Shown here: piece after piece, positions 45,671 to 55,451 of the stretch
How the letters are laid out: each line of letters starts with the position of its first letter
Position numbering within the stretch: position 1 is the stretch's first letter
DNA from: an uncultured virus (IMG/VR IMGVR_UViG_3300037851_001367)
Lineage: Duplodnaviria > Heunggongvirae > Uroviricota > Caudoviricetes
IMG/VR virus record: IMGVR_UViG_3300037851_001367
Direction: 5' to 3' (one strand)
DNA length: 64,000 bases
Translations under genes and position numbers: made by a program
The notes under the pieces: model-generated
What the model was told of the DNA's origin: nothing
The model's database searches: none
Seen by the model: the letters and a program-made list of their open reading frames with translations, nothing else

Positions 45671-47047
45671 TTACGGCAGCACCGCCGGCCCCTCCCACGG
45701 CACATAGGTCCCGTTCCTCATATGCCGCCAGGCTTTGTCCGTGCTCAGGACAAAGTCCCCGAAGTTGGTCCTCCCCTGCCGGAGGTACGGGACCAGCCCC
45801 ATCTGGCGGGGTTCCGTCGGGGTGAGGAACGATCCGACTGCGGCGGCCGACGTGTGCCACGTCCCCGCGAAGAGCTGCACGGTCAAGAGCTCAGTCGCTC
45901 CGAGCCACGGGTTGTCCCCCGCTGTTGCGTCGAAGAACGGAGACGTGTTGGCGCTCGGATGGGTGAGATAAGTCCAACAGCCGGTCGTGCAGGTGACGGG
46001 CTGTCCGGAGAAGCCGAAGGTCGACCCGGCGCTCAGCACGTTGTCCGTGTTGGTCAGGTACATCCCGAAGCTCAAGGCGCTATAGTTGCCGAACTGCTGC
46101 CCGAGCGAGAATATCCGGTTCAGCGGATCTGTCGGGAGGGGCACCACCTCTTCGTCCGGGAGTCCGAAGATCATGTGCGACGACGCGCTTGGCGTCCCGA
46201 CGTTCCGCGCGAACCAGACGACCGCCTGTCCAGTGTCGTCTCCGATAATGGTGATTCGCTGCTGGGCTCCGACGTTGAAGGCAAACCCAGGATTCAGTCC
46301 GCGCCACCTGCTGGTGGCAGCGTCAAAGAACAGGGACCCGTGGCAGTGCCTTCCCCCAACTAGGAAGTCTCCGGCCGCGGTTCCGTTGAACCCGACAGTC
46401 ATGGTCACTGACGGAGTGGACGTGCGCGGGGAGTTCTGCTCAGTGAGCGTCTCGTGGCAGATCCGAAGCTGCCATCCCGTCGAATGGGGGCTCTGGAGGA
46501 TGAGCCTGGGCGTGGTGGACGAGCCGTTTCCGTTGTATCCGGGTCCGCCGTTCTGGGAACCGGACACGTTTATCGACGGCGCGTTCGCGTCCGACGCGTA
46601 CAGCCACCAGTCCATCGAGTCGGCGGCCTCCGGCGGGGGAGCTTCCGCGCTGCGCCAGTCTATGCGATATCGATTGTTCACCGTGTCGACAGAGCTGATG
46701 GCGAAGCATCCGGAGTTGTGCTTCGGGTTCGTTGTGCTTCGCAGGACGAGGATCCGCCCGATGTCGGCCGCGCTGACCGTCCTAACTCCGACGGGAATGG
46801 AGACAGCCGTTGACTCGGCCGTAGGCGCGCTAGGCGGTACCGCGCCGAAGTTGATTCCAGCTCGATTCCCGACAGTCGTCCCTGAGGCCAGAAGGAGCGT
46901 CCCGACGTTCTCGATGTCGAAGTTCGTGTGCCCGACAAAGGAGAACCCAAGCACGCGGCGGAGGAAGATCGCGACGATGTACGACGTGGCGCACCGGGTG
47001 ACGTTCGAGTTCAGGACCAGATAGTCTCTCTGCAGGTGGACTGCCAT
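45671..47047 (-). CDS. putative virion structural protein, family A copy 4
   Basis: MAxHLxRDY, RAGINFG, ILQSPH, C-terminal WxH...WxGPAVL. Confidence 0.85.
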   Translation of the reverse strand: MAVHLQRDYLVLNSNVTRCATSYIVAIFLRRVLGFSFVGHTNFDIENVGTLLLASGTTVGNRAGINFGAVPPSAPTAESTAVSIPVGVRTVSAADIGRILVLRSTTNPKHNSGCFAISSVDTVNNRYRIDWRSAEAPPPEAADSMDWWLYASDANAPSINVSGSQNGGPGYNGNGSSTTPRLILQSPHSTGWQLRICHETLTEQNSPRTSTPSVTMTVGFNGTAAGDFLVGGRHCHGSLFFDAATSRWRGLNPGFAFNVGAQQRITIIGDDTGQAVVWFARNVGTPSASSHMIFGLPDEEVVPLPTDPLNRIFSLGQQFGNYSALSFGMYLTNTDNVLSAGSTFGFSGQPVTCTTGCWTYLTHPSANTSPFFDATAGDNPWLGATELLTVQLFAGTWHTSAAAVGSFLTPTEPRQMGLVPYLRQGRTNFGDFVLSTDKAWRHMRNGTYVPWEGPAVLP

Positions 47048-48318
47048 CAGGGCACCGTGATCGGGAAATAGTCAAACGGCAGGATGGAGTTGTCCCACGG
47101 CAGGTAGATCCCGTTCTTCATATGGATCCACTCGCCGAAGTCCCCGAACCGCATGTACCGGGGGTAGTAGGCCGGTCCGAGCCTCATAGCTCTGCACTTC
47201 GTCCGAGCCAGCGTGTATTGGCTGGTTGCGATGATGGCCGTCATCGCCTCGGACGAGTGGACCCTGCCGGTGAGCGGATTGAACGCCGTGTATGGGCTCG
47301 TCTGGCTCCCTCCTGGGACCGCCGGGGCGTACGTCGAATCCTGACTGTCCCCGCTCATGCTGCGGACGAGGGTCCGTGACAGGACCGCCTGCCCCAGGTG
47401 GTTATTCACCCTGAAGCCTCCTCCCCATCCGTCGTTCGAGAGGTCCGTCCGGAAGTAGGTCCCCCAGGTCGTGTGCATCTGATACACGACCGGGTTGGGA
47501 TCCTGGACTGCCGTGTACAGCCTGAATGGCGTTTCCAGGTAGAAGGCCAGCCGTCCGGACGGGGTCTCCGAGAAGAAGATGAGCGCGGCTTTGTCCGCGA
47601 TCATGTTCATGTACGCGGTGCCCGATCCGCCGGACCACGGAGTCGCCTGCAGCTCGGCCAGCCCGTCCGTGAACGCGCTCCCGTTCCACGTCCCGCCCGG
47701 GGACACGACGAGGCCATTCTGGGCCCCCGACAGCCTGTAGATCATCTGGAACTGCGTGTTCGCCTGCCCGACGTTCACGGTCGACGGCGTCATCTGGAAC
47801 ACGATGAAGTTCCCGTTTGCCGGGGCCAGGGGCTGAACCACCGCCAGGTCGATGACCCGATAGTTGATGCTAGACCGGTCGGTGAACCCTGGGCGTAGGG
47901 TGACCGGGTCTGGAGTGCCGCCACACCGTGACTCGACGATGAGGGTGTTGGAGTTCGGGACCGCCCGGATGGGATAGATAGAGTCGTCGCTGCTGTCTGA
48001 CCCCGGCTTCCAGAGGACGAGGTGCTTGCCGACCATTGAGCTCGTGAACGACGCCGAGGCAGAACTGAAGGACTGGGCGGAGCTTGCGGAGGTCGCCCCG
48101 TCCGTCCCGGTGGCGAGGACGGACGTTCCCTCGAAGTAGTTTGTCGGGAAGTTCTGGTAGGGGGCGGCGCTCGCGACGCCTCCCGGCGTCGTGGTGCTCG
48201 CGCCGCCGTTGACGCAGTAGCACCACATTTCGTACACGAGCCTCAGCGTCGTGTTGAACAGATGGCTCACCCCCGACGTGTACGTCCAGTCGCAGGCTCT
48301 GACGAACTTGAAGGCCAT
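47047..48318 (-). CDS. putative virion structural protein, family B copy 4
   Basis: VRA...YE, EGTxVLATGTDG, FQMTPS, GTWNGSAFTD, SGD, HxxNG...PWD. Confidence 0.85.
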   Translation of the reverse strand: MAFKFVRACDWTYTSGVSHLFNTTLRLVYEMWCYCVNGGASTTTPGGVASAAPYQNFPTNYFEGTSVLATGTDGATSASSAQSFSSASASFTSSMVGKHLVLWKPGSDSSDDSIYPIRAVPNSNTLIVESRCGGTPDPVTLRPGFTDRSSINYRVIDLAVVQPLAPANGNFIVFQMTPSTVNVGQANTQFQMIYRLSGAQNGLVVSPGGTWNGSAFTDGLAELQATPWSGGSGTAYMNMIADKAALIFFSETPSGRLAFYLETPFRLYTAVQDPNPVVYQMHTTWGTYFRTDLSNDGWGGGFRVNNHLGQAVLSRTLVRSMSGDSQDSTYAPAVPGGSQTSPYTAFNPLTGRVHSSEAMTAIIATSQYTLARTKCRAMRLGPAYYPRYMRFGDFGEWIHMKNGIYLPWDNSILPFDYFPITVP

Positions 48319-48720
48319 TTACTGAATCAACTCCGACGAGACGTTTATCACGGTCCCATACTCGGCTGGGGCCGGCGTTAGCGCGTCCCCGACCGACCTC
48401 CAGTGGACATACTGGCCGAGGGTCGTGCTGTAACCGCGCATCTTGTACAGGGCAGGCACGGCCTCGAACCTCTCCGGCGACGTGCCCAGATCATAAACCG
48501 TGGAGCCAAGGCCGTCGGTCAGCGGCGAGAACGACACGTGCTGGGACTGAGTCCCCACGATGAGGGCTGCCGCCCCTCCTCCCTGGGAGTCCATCGGGTC
48601 GGACACAGGCGTCATCTCGCTGCCGACGTTTGTGAGCACCGCCTGGGTGCCCTCCATCAGCTCGTACGGGACAAACCCGACGGTCCCGAGACTGGATCCG
48701 TAGTCGATCGCTGTCGCCAT
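48319..48720 (-). CDS. small protein, family S
   Basis: YKMRGYST...QYVHWRSVGD. Confidence 0.75.
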   Translation of the reverse strand: MATAIDYGSSLGTVGFVPYELMEGTQAVLTNVGSEMTPVSDPMDSQGGGAAALIVGTQSQHVSFSPLTDGLGSTVYDLGTSPERFEAVPALYKMRGYSTTLGQYVHWRSVGDALTPAPAEYGTVINVSSELIQ

Positions 48721-48727
48721 CAGTTCC

Positions 48728-50077
48728 TCACGGTATTACCGCCGGCCCTCCCCACAACATGTACGTGTCGAATTGCATGTGCTGCCACTCCTTGCCTACG
48801 GTGAGCGTGAAGTTCGGGAAGTTCGACCTTCCGGCCCTGACGAACGGAAGGGTCCCCATCATGCGCGGCTCGAAGATGTGGATGCGGGAAGAGTTGTTAT
48901 ACCAGTTCTCCGCCATACCGGAGACCACCTCCACGGGGAAGAGCTCCGTCGCCTGCGTCACGGGGTTGTTCGCCGCGGAGGAGTTGTACCAGGGCCCGGG
49001 AGTGCCGGATCCGAAGGCGCCGTTGGTCTCGATGAAGCTCCAGCTCGCGATGTTTGCGGAGACCGGCTGTCCGTTGTACCCCTGGGTCAGGCCGTGGTAG
49101 TGGAACGAGTTTGCGACGAGGCCCGCCGACGTCTGGGAGCTGTTCGTCGAGCTGTTGTGGCCGAACATGAAGAGCCGACGCGCGGTCTGGAGCGGCGTGG
49201 GCTGCGGCTCGTTCTCGCACATCCCGAACTGAAAGTGCCAGTTCGTCGGGCCGCCCAGCTGGCGAATGAAGCAGTAGACGCCCGTTCCCTCGGTGTCGCC
49301 GACCATCGACAGCCGGTATTGGTTCTGACTTCCGATGCGTCCCTGGCCAGGAACCTGAGCAACGCTTGTCGTGTTGGCATTCCACCATAGGGCAGAATGG
49401 AGGTGGTCTCCGCCCACGGCGAAGTCCCCCGCAGAGTTACCTCCCATCCCCGGTGCGTACGTCCACTGCGCAGTCACGTTGGTCCCAGAGCTCTCCTGAT
49501 CTTGCGTGCTCTCCAGGCAGATTCGGACCTGCCACCCGGTGGAGTGCGGGCTCTGAAGGATGATCCGCGAGCACGTGGACGATCCGAAGGACCGGTACCC
49601 GGGCCCGGCGTTCGGGCCCCGGGTGTTTGGGAACGTCAGGTCCTCCTCGTACAGCCACCACGGCATCGAGTCCGCGGCCTCAGCGGGAGGGTCGTCTCCC
49701 GACCTCCAGTCGATGATGTACCGGTTGTCGGCCGTGTTGACGCCGGTGATGAGGAAGATTCCGGAGTTGAAGCGCGGGTTGGCGTCGCTCCTTAGGACCA
49801 GCATGCGCCCGATGTCCGACACGGACACGGTCCTGATGCCCGCGGGAATGGAGACCTCGCGCCTATACTCCGATCCGAAGTTGATGCCGGCCCGGATGCC
49901 CGCCGTCGTCCCCGAGGCGAGAAGGTACGTCCCCGAGCTGAGGTTGAAGTTTGTCTGCCCGACGACCGTGTAACCGAGGATCCTGTGACAGAAGATTGCG
50001 AGCAGGTACGCGATCTGGTCGATCGACCCGCTCGGGACGTTCTGCGTCTGGTAGTCTCGGAGGAGGTGCGTCGCCAT
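48728..50077 (-). CDS. putative virion structural protein, family A copy 3
   Basis: full-length similarity to the other A copies. Confidence 0.85.
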   Translation of the reverse strand: MATHLLRDYQTQNVPSGSIDQIAYLLAIFCHRILGYTVVGQTNFNLSSGTYLLASGTTAGIRAGINFGSEYRREVSIPAGIRTVSVSDIGRMLVLRSDANPRFNSGIFLITGVNTADNRYIIDWRSGDDPPAEAADSMPWWLYEEDLTFPNTRGPNAGPGYRSFGSSTCSRIILQSPHSTGWQVRICLESTQDQESSGTNVTAQWTYAPGMGGNSAGDFAVGGDHLHSALWWNANTTSVAQVPGQGRIGSQNQYRLSMVGDTEGTGVYCFIRQLGGPTNWHFQFGMCENEPQPTPLQTARRLFMFGHNSSTNSSQTSAGLVANSFHYHGLTQGYNGQPVSANIASWSFIETNGAFGSGTPGPWYNSSAANNPVTQATELFPVEVVSGMAENWYNNSSRIHIFEPRMMGTLPFVRAGRSNFPNFTLTVGKEWQHMQFDTYMLWGGPAVIP

Positions 50078-50084
50078 TCTTTCC

Positions 50085-51512
50085 TCAGGGAAGGGCCGCC
50101 GGACCGCCCCACATCATGTATACTCCGTACGTCAGGTGGAGCCATCCCGTGTCGGCTGTCACCGTCCACATCGGGAACGTCGACCTCCCGGACTTGATGA
50201 ACGGGAGGGTTCCCATCAGCCTCGGCTCGTATTGGTGGACCCGGTTGTTTGACTGGTTATACCAGTTTTCGCCGAACCCGGCGACGACCTCGCACGGCAG
50301 CAGGTCGATGGCCTGAGTGAACGGGTTGTCCCCTCCGTTGGAGTTGTAGAACGGGGCGCCGCTGTTGTTCAGGAACGTGACGGCAGCGTTTGTTTCGATG
50401 TAGCTCCAGTTGGCGATGTTCGCGGTGACGGGCTGTCCGTTGAACCCCTGGGTCAGACCGTGATAGTAGAAAGAGTTGGCGGCGTTGAGGATTGCGACCT
50501 GCGAGCTGTTCGTATATGAGTTGTTCCCCATCACGAACAGGCGCCTGGCGGGACGGACGGGGAGGGGCGTCGGCTCGTCCTCGCACAGCCCGAACTGGAA
50601 CTGCCAGTGCATCCACACCCCGGTGAACGAGTTGTACCCGAAGGGTCGGCGGACCGCTATGTACACACCGTGCCCCTCGTCATCCCCGATCATCGTAATC
50701 CGGTACTGCTCCTGAACCCCGAGGACGGCAAACCCGAGCACCTGCCCCAGCCCTGGCTGCTGGCCGCACTTGTTCCTGTCGTTGGTGTTCCACCAGAGCG
50801 GGGAGTGGACGTGCTCCCCGCCCGGCAGGAAGTCCCCGATGGAGTTCCCGCCAAATCCGGGCGCGATGGTCCAAATGTTCGTCGTGTCGACGCTATTGGC
50901 GACGAAGCCATTCCGCCATTCGAGCTCGTGCTCCAGGCAGAACCGAGCCTGCCATCCGGTGGCGTGCGGGCTCTGGAGGATAATGCGCGAGCACGTGCAG
51001 GACACCCCGTGGCTCCGGTACTCGCCGAGAACCCCTCCGGCCGTAGTCCGGTTGTTCGGGAAGGTGCCATCGCTCTCGTAAATCCACCACTGCATCGAGT
51101 CGACCGCCTCTGCCGGCGGCTCGTCGGTCGAGCGGTAGTCGATGATATACCGGTTGTCGGCAACGTTCAGGCCGGTGATGAGGAAGATTCCGGAGTTGTG
51201 GCGCGGGTTGGCCGTGCTCTTCATCACGAGCATCCTGCCCACGTCCTGCACGCTCACAGTCCGCACCGCGAGCGGAATCGAAACCTCGTACCGGTAGTCC
51301 GCGCCGAAGTTGATACCAGCTCGCTGCCCGATCCCCGTTCCCGACGCCTTCAAGTACGTCGACGAGTCCAGGTCCCAGTTCGTCTGTCCCACGACAGAGT
51401 AGCCGAGCACCCTCCGGCAGAATATGGAAGCCAGCCAGATGATCTGATCCGGGGTGCCGGTCGAGCTCGTGAACTTCTGGTTCTGGTAGTCGCGAAGGAT
51501 GTGGGTAGCCAT
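50085..51512 (-). CDS. putative virion structural protein, family A copy 2
   Basis: full-length similarity to the other A copies. Confidence 0.85.
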   Translation of the reverse strand: MATHILRDYQNQKFTSSTGTPDQIIWLASIFCRRVLGYSVVGQTNWDLDSSTYLKASGTGIGQRAGINFGADYRYEVSIPLAVRTVSVQDVGRMLVMKSTANPRHNSGIFLITGLNVADNRYIIDYRSTDEPPAEAVDSMQWWIYESDGTFPNNRTTAGGVLGEYRSHGVSCTCSRIILQSPHATGWQARFCLEHELEWRNGFVANSVDTTNIWTIAPGFGGNSIGDFLPGGEHVHSPLWWNTNDRNKCGQQPGLGQVLGFAVLGVQEQYRITMIGDDEGHGVYIAVRRPFGYNSFTGVWMHWQFQFGLCEDEPTPLPVRPARRLFVMGNNSYTNSSQVAILNAANSFYYHGLTQGFNGQPVTANIANWSYIETNAAVTFLNNSGAPFYNSNGGDNPFTQAIDLLPCEVVAGFGENWYNQSNNRVHQYEPRLMGTLPFIKSGRSTFPMWTVTADTGWLHLTYGVYMMWGGPAALP

Positions 51513-51521
51513 GTCTTTTCC

Positions 51522-52874
51522 TTACGCCAGCACCGCCGGCCCTCCCCACATCATGAAGATTCCGAACTGCATGTGCTGCCACGCCTTGCCGGCGTCAGTG
51601 GTGAGGGTGAAGTTCCCGAAGTTCGTCCTTCCCTGCCTCACAAAGGGTGCCTGACCGACAAGCCTCGGGTCGAACTGGTAGGTCCGCCGGGTTCCGTTGT
51701 TGCTCCAGTTTTCCGCCATCCCGGTGACGATGTCGACTGGGAGGAGCTCGGTCGCGCCCGTGAACGGACTGTCCGCGGCGTTCGCGTTGTACCACGGAGC
51801 CCCGGAGAATGCCGCGTTGGTCTCCACGTGCGACCAGGACGCGATGTTCGCTGACGCCGGTTGTCCGTTCCCGCCGAAACCTATGCCCCTGTAGTGGAAG
51901 GAGTTGGCGACCAACCCGGCGGAGAGCTGGGAGAAGTTCGTGTACTCGTTGTGCCCGAGCGTGAAGAGCCGCATAGCGGACCGCGTCGGGACGGGCGTCG
52001 GCTCGTTCTCGCACATTCCGAACTGGAGGTGCCAGTTCGTTGGGCCGTTGACGCGCCGAATGAAGCAGTAGACGCCCGTTCCCTCGGTGTCTCCGATCAT
52101 CGTCAGCCGGAAGAACTCGGTCCCGCCGTTGTTGATGGCACCCTGGCCGGGCATGATCGCTATCGCGGGGTCGGCCGTGTCCCACCAGAGCGTGCTGTGG
52201 AGATGATCGCCTCCGACGGGGAAGTCCCCGGAAGAGTTGCCGCCGAAGCCGGGCGCGTACGTGACCTGGTTAGTGGTCCCGTTCGTCTGATAGTCGTTCG
52301 AGCTCTCCAGACAGATCCGAACCTGCCACCCGAGAGCATGAGGGCTCTGGAGGATGACGCGGGAGCACGTGGAGGAACCGTAGCTCCGGTATCCTGTTCC
52401 ACCGTTCGCCGCGCGAGTTCCCGGCCGGGTCCCGTCGGCGGCGTAGAGCCACCATTCGATGGAGTCTGCCGCCTCGGCGGGAGGTGCGTCTCCTGACCTC
52501 CAGTTGATGATGTAGCGGTTTGATCCGGCGTTTATTCCGGTGATGAGGAAGATTCCCGAGTTGAAGCGCGGATTGGCCGTGCTCCTCAGCACGAGCATCC
52601 TTCCAACGTCGCCTCCGGACACGACCCTGACGCCGACGGGAATGGAGACCTCATAGGTTGCCCCAACTCCGAAGTTGATCCCGGCCCGGTTTCCGGCCGT
52701 CGTTCCCGAGGCGAGCAGGTACGTCGCGGAGTCGAGGTCGAAGTTCGTCTGTCCGACGACCGTGTACCCGAGAACCCTCCGCATGAAGATGGCCATCAGC
52801 CACATGACGATGTCGGGAGTGGTCGCGTTCGTCGTACTCTGCGTCAGGTAGTCGCGAAGGAGGTGAGTCGCCAT
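51522..52874 (-). CDS. putative virion structural protein, family A copy 1
   Basis: full-length similarity to the other A copies. Confidence 0.85.
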   Translation of the reverse strand: MATHLLRDYLTQSTTNATTPDIVMWLMAIFMRRVLGYTVVGQTNFDLDSATYLLASGTTAGNRAGINFGVGATYEVSIPVGVRVVSGGDVGRMLVLRSTANPRFNSGIFLITGINAGSNRYIINWRSGDAPPAEAADSIEWWLYAADGTRPGTRAANGGTGYRSYGSSTCSRVILQSPHALGWQVRICLESSNDYQTNGTTNQVTYAPGFGGNSSGDFPVGGDHLHSTLWWDTADPAIAIMPGQGAINNGGTEFFRLTMIGDTEGTGVYCFIRRVNGPTNWHLQFGMCENEPTPVPTRSAMRLFTLGHNEYTNFSQLSAGLVANSFHYRGIGFGGNGQPASANIASWSHVETNAAFSGAPWYNANAADSPFTGATELLPVDIVTGMAENWSNNGTRRTYQFDPRLVGQAPFVRQGRTNFGNFTLTTDAGKAWQHMQFGIFMMWGGPAVLA

Positions 52875-54164
52875 TCAGTAACCGATCGGGATAAGGTTCG
52901 TGCCCATGATCACGCCGTCCCACGGGAAGCAGATCCCGTTCTGGACGTGGAGCCAGGACTCTCCGTTGTTCCCGACCAAGACCCAGGCCGGCAGCTGGTT
53001 CGGGATTATCCTCACGTAGCGCATTACCGCCCGGGCGATGTTGAACTCCGTCTGGGGAGATCCAACCTGCCCGATGACGACCTTGGACATGAGGGCTCTG
53101 TTGAGGATGTTGTTCTTGGCGATGCGCGAGTCGCCATAGACTCCGGCCGACGCGGTAGGCCTGGACGTCTCCCCGTTGCCGTCACCGCTGTAACACTTCG
53201 TCAGCATGCGGTGTCGGCGCCAGACGTTGTCAGTGCCGGCCATCCAGAAGTTGTTGTATCCGTTCGTGAAGGACGTCAGGTAGAGCGTGCAGACGCCCTC
53301 GCAGCCAATGAGGAGCGGGTTCGGGTCCTGGAGCTGCGTCGCCGTCCGGACAGGCGCCTCGACGTGTATGTAGCTTGCGAACGAGCTGATCGAATGCTTG
53401 AACCAGGCGACGATCCCGTCCTTGTCACCCCACAGCGACATCTGGCCGGTGGCCAGTCCGGAGCCATTGAAGAACCCTCCGGAGTTGCTGGTCGTGGTGA
53501 CTGTCCCGGTCGAGTCTGTGAACGCGCTCCCGTTCCACGTGCCCGCGGGCGACCCCGTTATGAACCCGGAGGTCAGCCCACCTGACCCACTGGTGATGGT
53601 GATCTGGAACTGGGAGTTGGCCTGCCCGGCGTTGGAGATGGACGGCGTGAGCTGGAAGACGATGTACTGATTGGCCGCCCATCCCGCGAGGCTGCCGACA
53701 GCGTCCAGGTCGATGAGCCGGTACTTGAGTCCGGTACGGCTCGTCATCCGCGGTCGCTTGGTCGACGGGTGCGGAGACCCTCCGTTGGCGACGAAGATGC
53801 GGAGGCGGTTCGCCGTCTGCCGCTCCACCACCTTGTAGATGCCATCCTCGACCCCGGGCGTGGTCGAGTCCCAGATGACAAGGTACTTGTTCAGGGCGGA
53901 CGTCGGGAAGCTCGCCGCGGCTGAGTCGAAGAAGTCGGTGTCGACCGTCGTGACGCCGTCAGTCCCCGTCGCGATGACAGTCGTACCCTCCAGAGCGTTC
54001 GCCGGGAACGTGTTGAACGCACCCGCCGGGACTCCGCCGGGGGTCGTGGTCGTCGCGGGCGCGGAGATGACGTAGCCGATGAACTCGTAGATGAGCCGGC
54101 ACACGTAACACATGTCCCGGCCGGAGACCAAAGTGGTGTACTGGAGCGCTCGGACGATTCTCAT
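52875..54164 (-). CDS. putative virion structural protein, family B copy 3
   Basis: full-length similarity to the other B copies. Confidence 0.85.
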   Translation of the reverse strand: MRIVRALQYTTLVSGRDMCYVCRLIYEFIGYVISAPATTTTPGGVPAGAFNTFPANALEGTTVIATGTDGVTTVDTDFFDSAAASFPTSALNKYLVIWDSTTPGVEDGIYKVVERQTANRLRIFVANGGSPHPSTKRPRMTSRTGLKYRLIDLDAVGSLAGWAANQYIVFQLTPSISNAGQANSQFQITITSGSGGLTSGFITGSPAGTWNGSAFTDSTGTVTTTSNSGGFFNGSGLATGQMSLWGDKDGIVAWFKHSISSFASYIHVEAPVRTATQLQDPNPLLIGCEGVCTLYLTSFTNGYNNFWMAGTDNVWRRHRMLTKCYSGDGNGETSRPTASAGVYGDSRIAKNNILNRALMSKVVIGQVGSPQTEFNIARAVMRYVRIIPNQLPAWVLVGNNGESWLHVQNGICFPWDGVIMGTNLIPIGY

Positions 54165-55451
54165 TCAGAAGCCGAGTGGGATGAGGTTGGACCCGAGGAT
54201 GACGTTGTCCCAGGGCCAGCAGACTCCGTTTTGGATGTGGAGGAACTCTCCTCCATCTCCGACGCGTATCCACGAGGGAAGGTTGTTCGGGCAGATGCGC
54301 GCCATGCGCATGATGGCCCTGGAAAAGTTGAACTGCGCGTTCGGCGACCCAACCTGCCCGAGGACGATCGGGGACGTGAACGTCTTGTTCAGGGTGGGGG
54401 CTACTGAGAGTCGCGAGTCGCCCATGAAGCTCAGCGTGGCCGTAGGCCTCCCGGTCTCGCCGTTGCCATCGCCGCTCAGGCACTTCACCAGCATGCGGTG
54501 GCGCCTTGCCACTCCGTCGGTGCCGGCCATCCAGAAGTTGTTGAACCCAAACCCGAGCGACCCGACGTGGATCGTGCAAACGCCGTCGGTCGCGATGATG
54601 AGGGGGTTCGGATCCTGCGCTTGGGACGCCAGACGGTTGGGCGCCTCAAGGTAGACGTAGCCGCTGGAGCCCACGCTCTGATCCTTGAAGTAGGCTATCA
54701 TTCCGGCGCGGTCGCCCCAGAGCGAGATAGCCCCTATCGTCGTTCCGCCGCCCGTGCTGAACCACTGGTTGCTGTTGCTCGTCGTGAAGACCTCCGCCAT
54801 CGCGTCCGTGAACGCGGACCCGGTCCACGTCCCGGCGGGCGATCCGGTGAAGCTCCCTCCGGAGAGGCCGGTCGCATTGTTGATCTTCCACTGAATTTGC
54901 GAGTTCGCCTGCCCGACGTTGTAGATCGAGGGCGTCATCTGCATCACGAAGTACTGGTCGTCGGCCCATCCCGCGAGGGCCCCCACCGCGCTGATGTCGA
55001 CGATCCTGTACTTCAGGCCGGTGCGCGTTGTGAACCTCGGGCGGAACGTCGTGGGGTGAGGAGAACCCCCGTTTGCCACGTTCAGGACGAGCTGCGTCGA
55101 GCTCGGCCGGCCGAGAATCTGGTAGATGCCGTCCTCGCCGCTGTCCGGGAATGCGCCCCAGACCACGAGATGCTTCCCAATCACCGAGGACGCGAAGTTC
55201 GCGCTTGCCGAGTCGAAGGTGAGCGCGTCGACCGTCGTGGCCCCGTCCGTCCCAGTCGCCAGGACGGTAGTCCCCTCCAGCGAGTTCGTCGGAAAGGTGG
55301 TGTACGCCACGCCCGGTACGCCGCCCGGGACCGTCGGGCTCGACGGCTTGTTGACGACGTAGCACCAGAACTCGTACATGAAGCGAAAGACGTAGGTCGC
55401 CCCGCGGTTCGAAGTGGTGTTGGCGTACTGGACTGCTCGTACGATGTTCAT
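54165..55451 (-). CDS. putative virion structural protein, family B copy 2
   Basis: full-length similarity to the other B copies. Confidence 0.85.
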   Translation of the reverse strand: MNIVRAVQYANTTSNRGATYVFRFMYEFWCYVVNKPSSPTVPGGVPGVAYTTFPTNSLEGTTVLATGTDGATTVDALTFDSASANFASSVIGKHLVVWGAFPDSGEDGIYQILGRPSSTQLVLNVANGGSPHPTTFRPRFTTRTGLKYRIVDISAVGALAGWADDQYFVMQMTPSIYNVGQANSQIQWKINNATGLSGGSFTGSPAGTWTGSAFTDAMAEVFTTSNSNQWFSTGGGTTIGAISLWGDRAGMIAYFKDQSVGSSGYVYLEAPNRLASQAQDPNPLIIATDGVCTIHVGSLGFGFNNFWMAGTDGVARRHRMLVKCLSGDGNGETGRPTATLSFMGDSRLSVAPTLNKTFTSPIVLGQVGSPNAQFNFSRAIMRMARICPNNLPSWIRVGDGGEFLHIQNGVCWPWDNVILGSNLIPLGF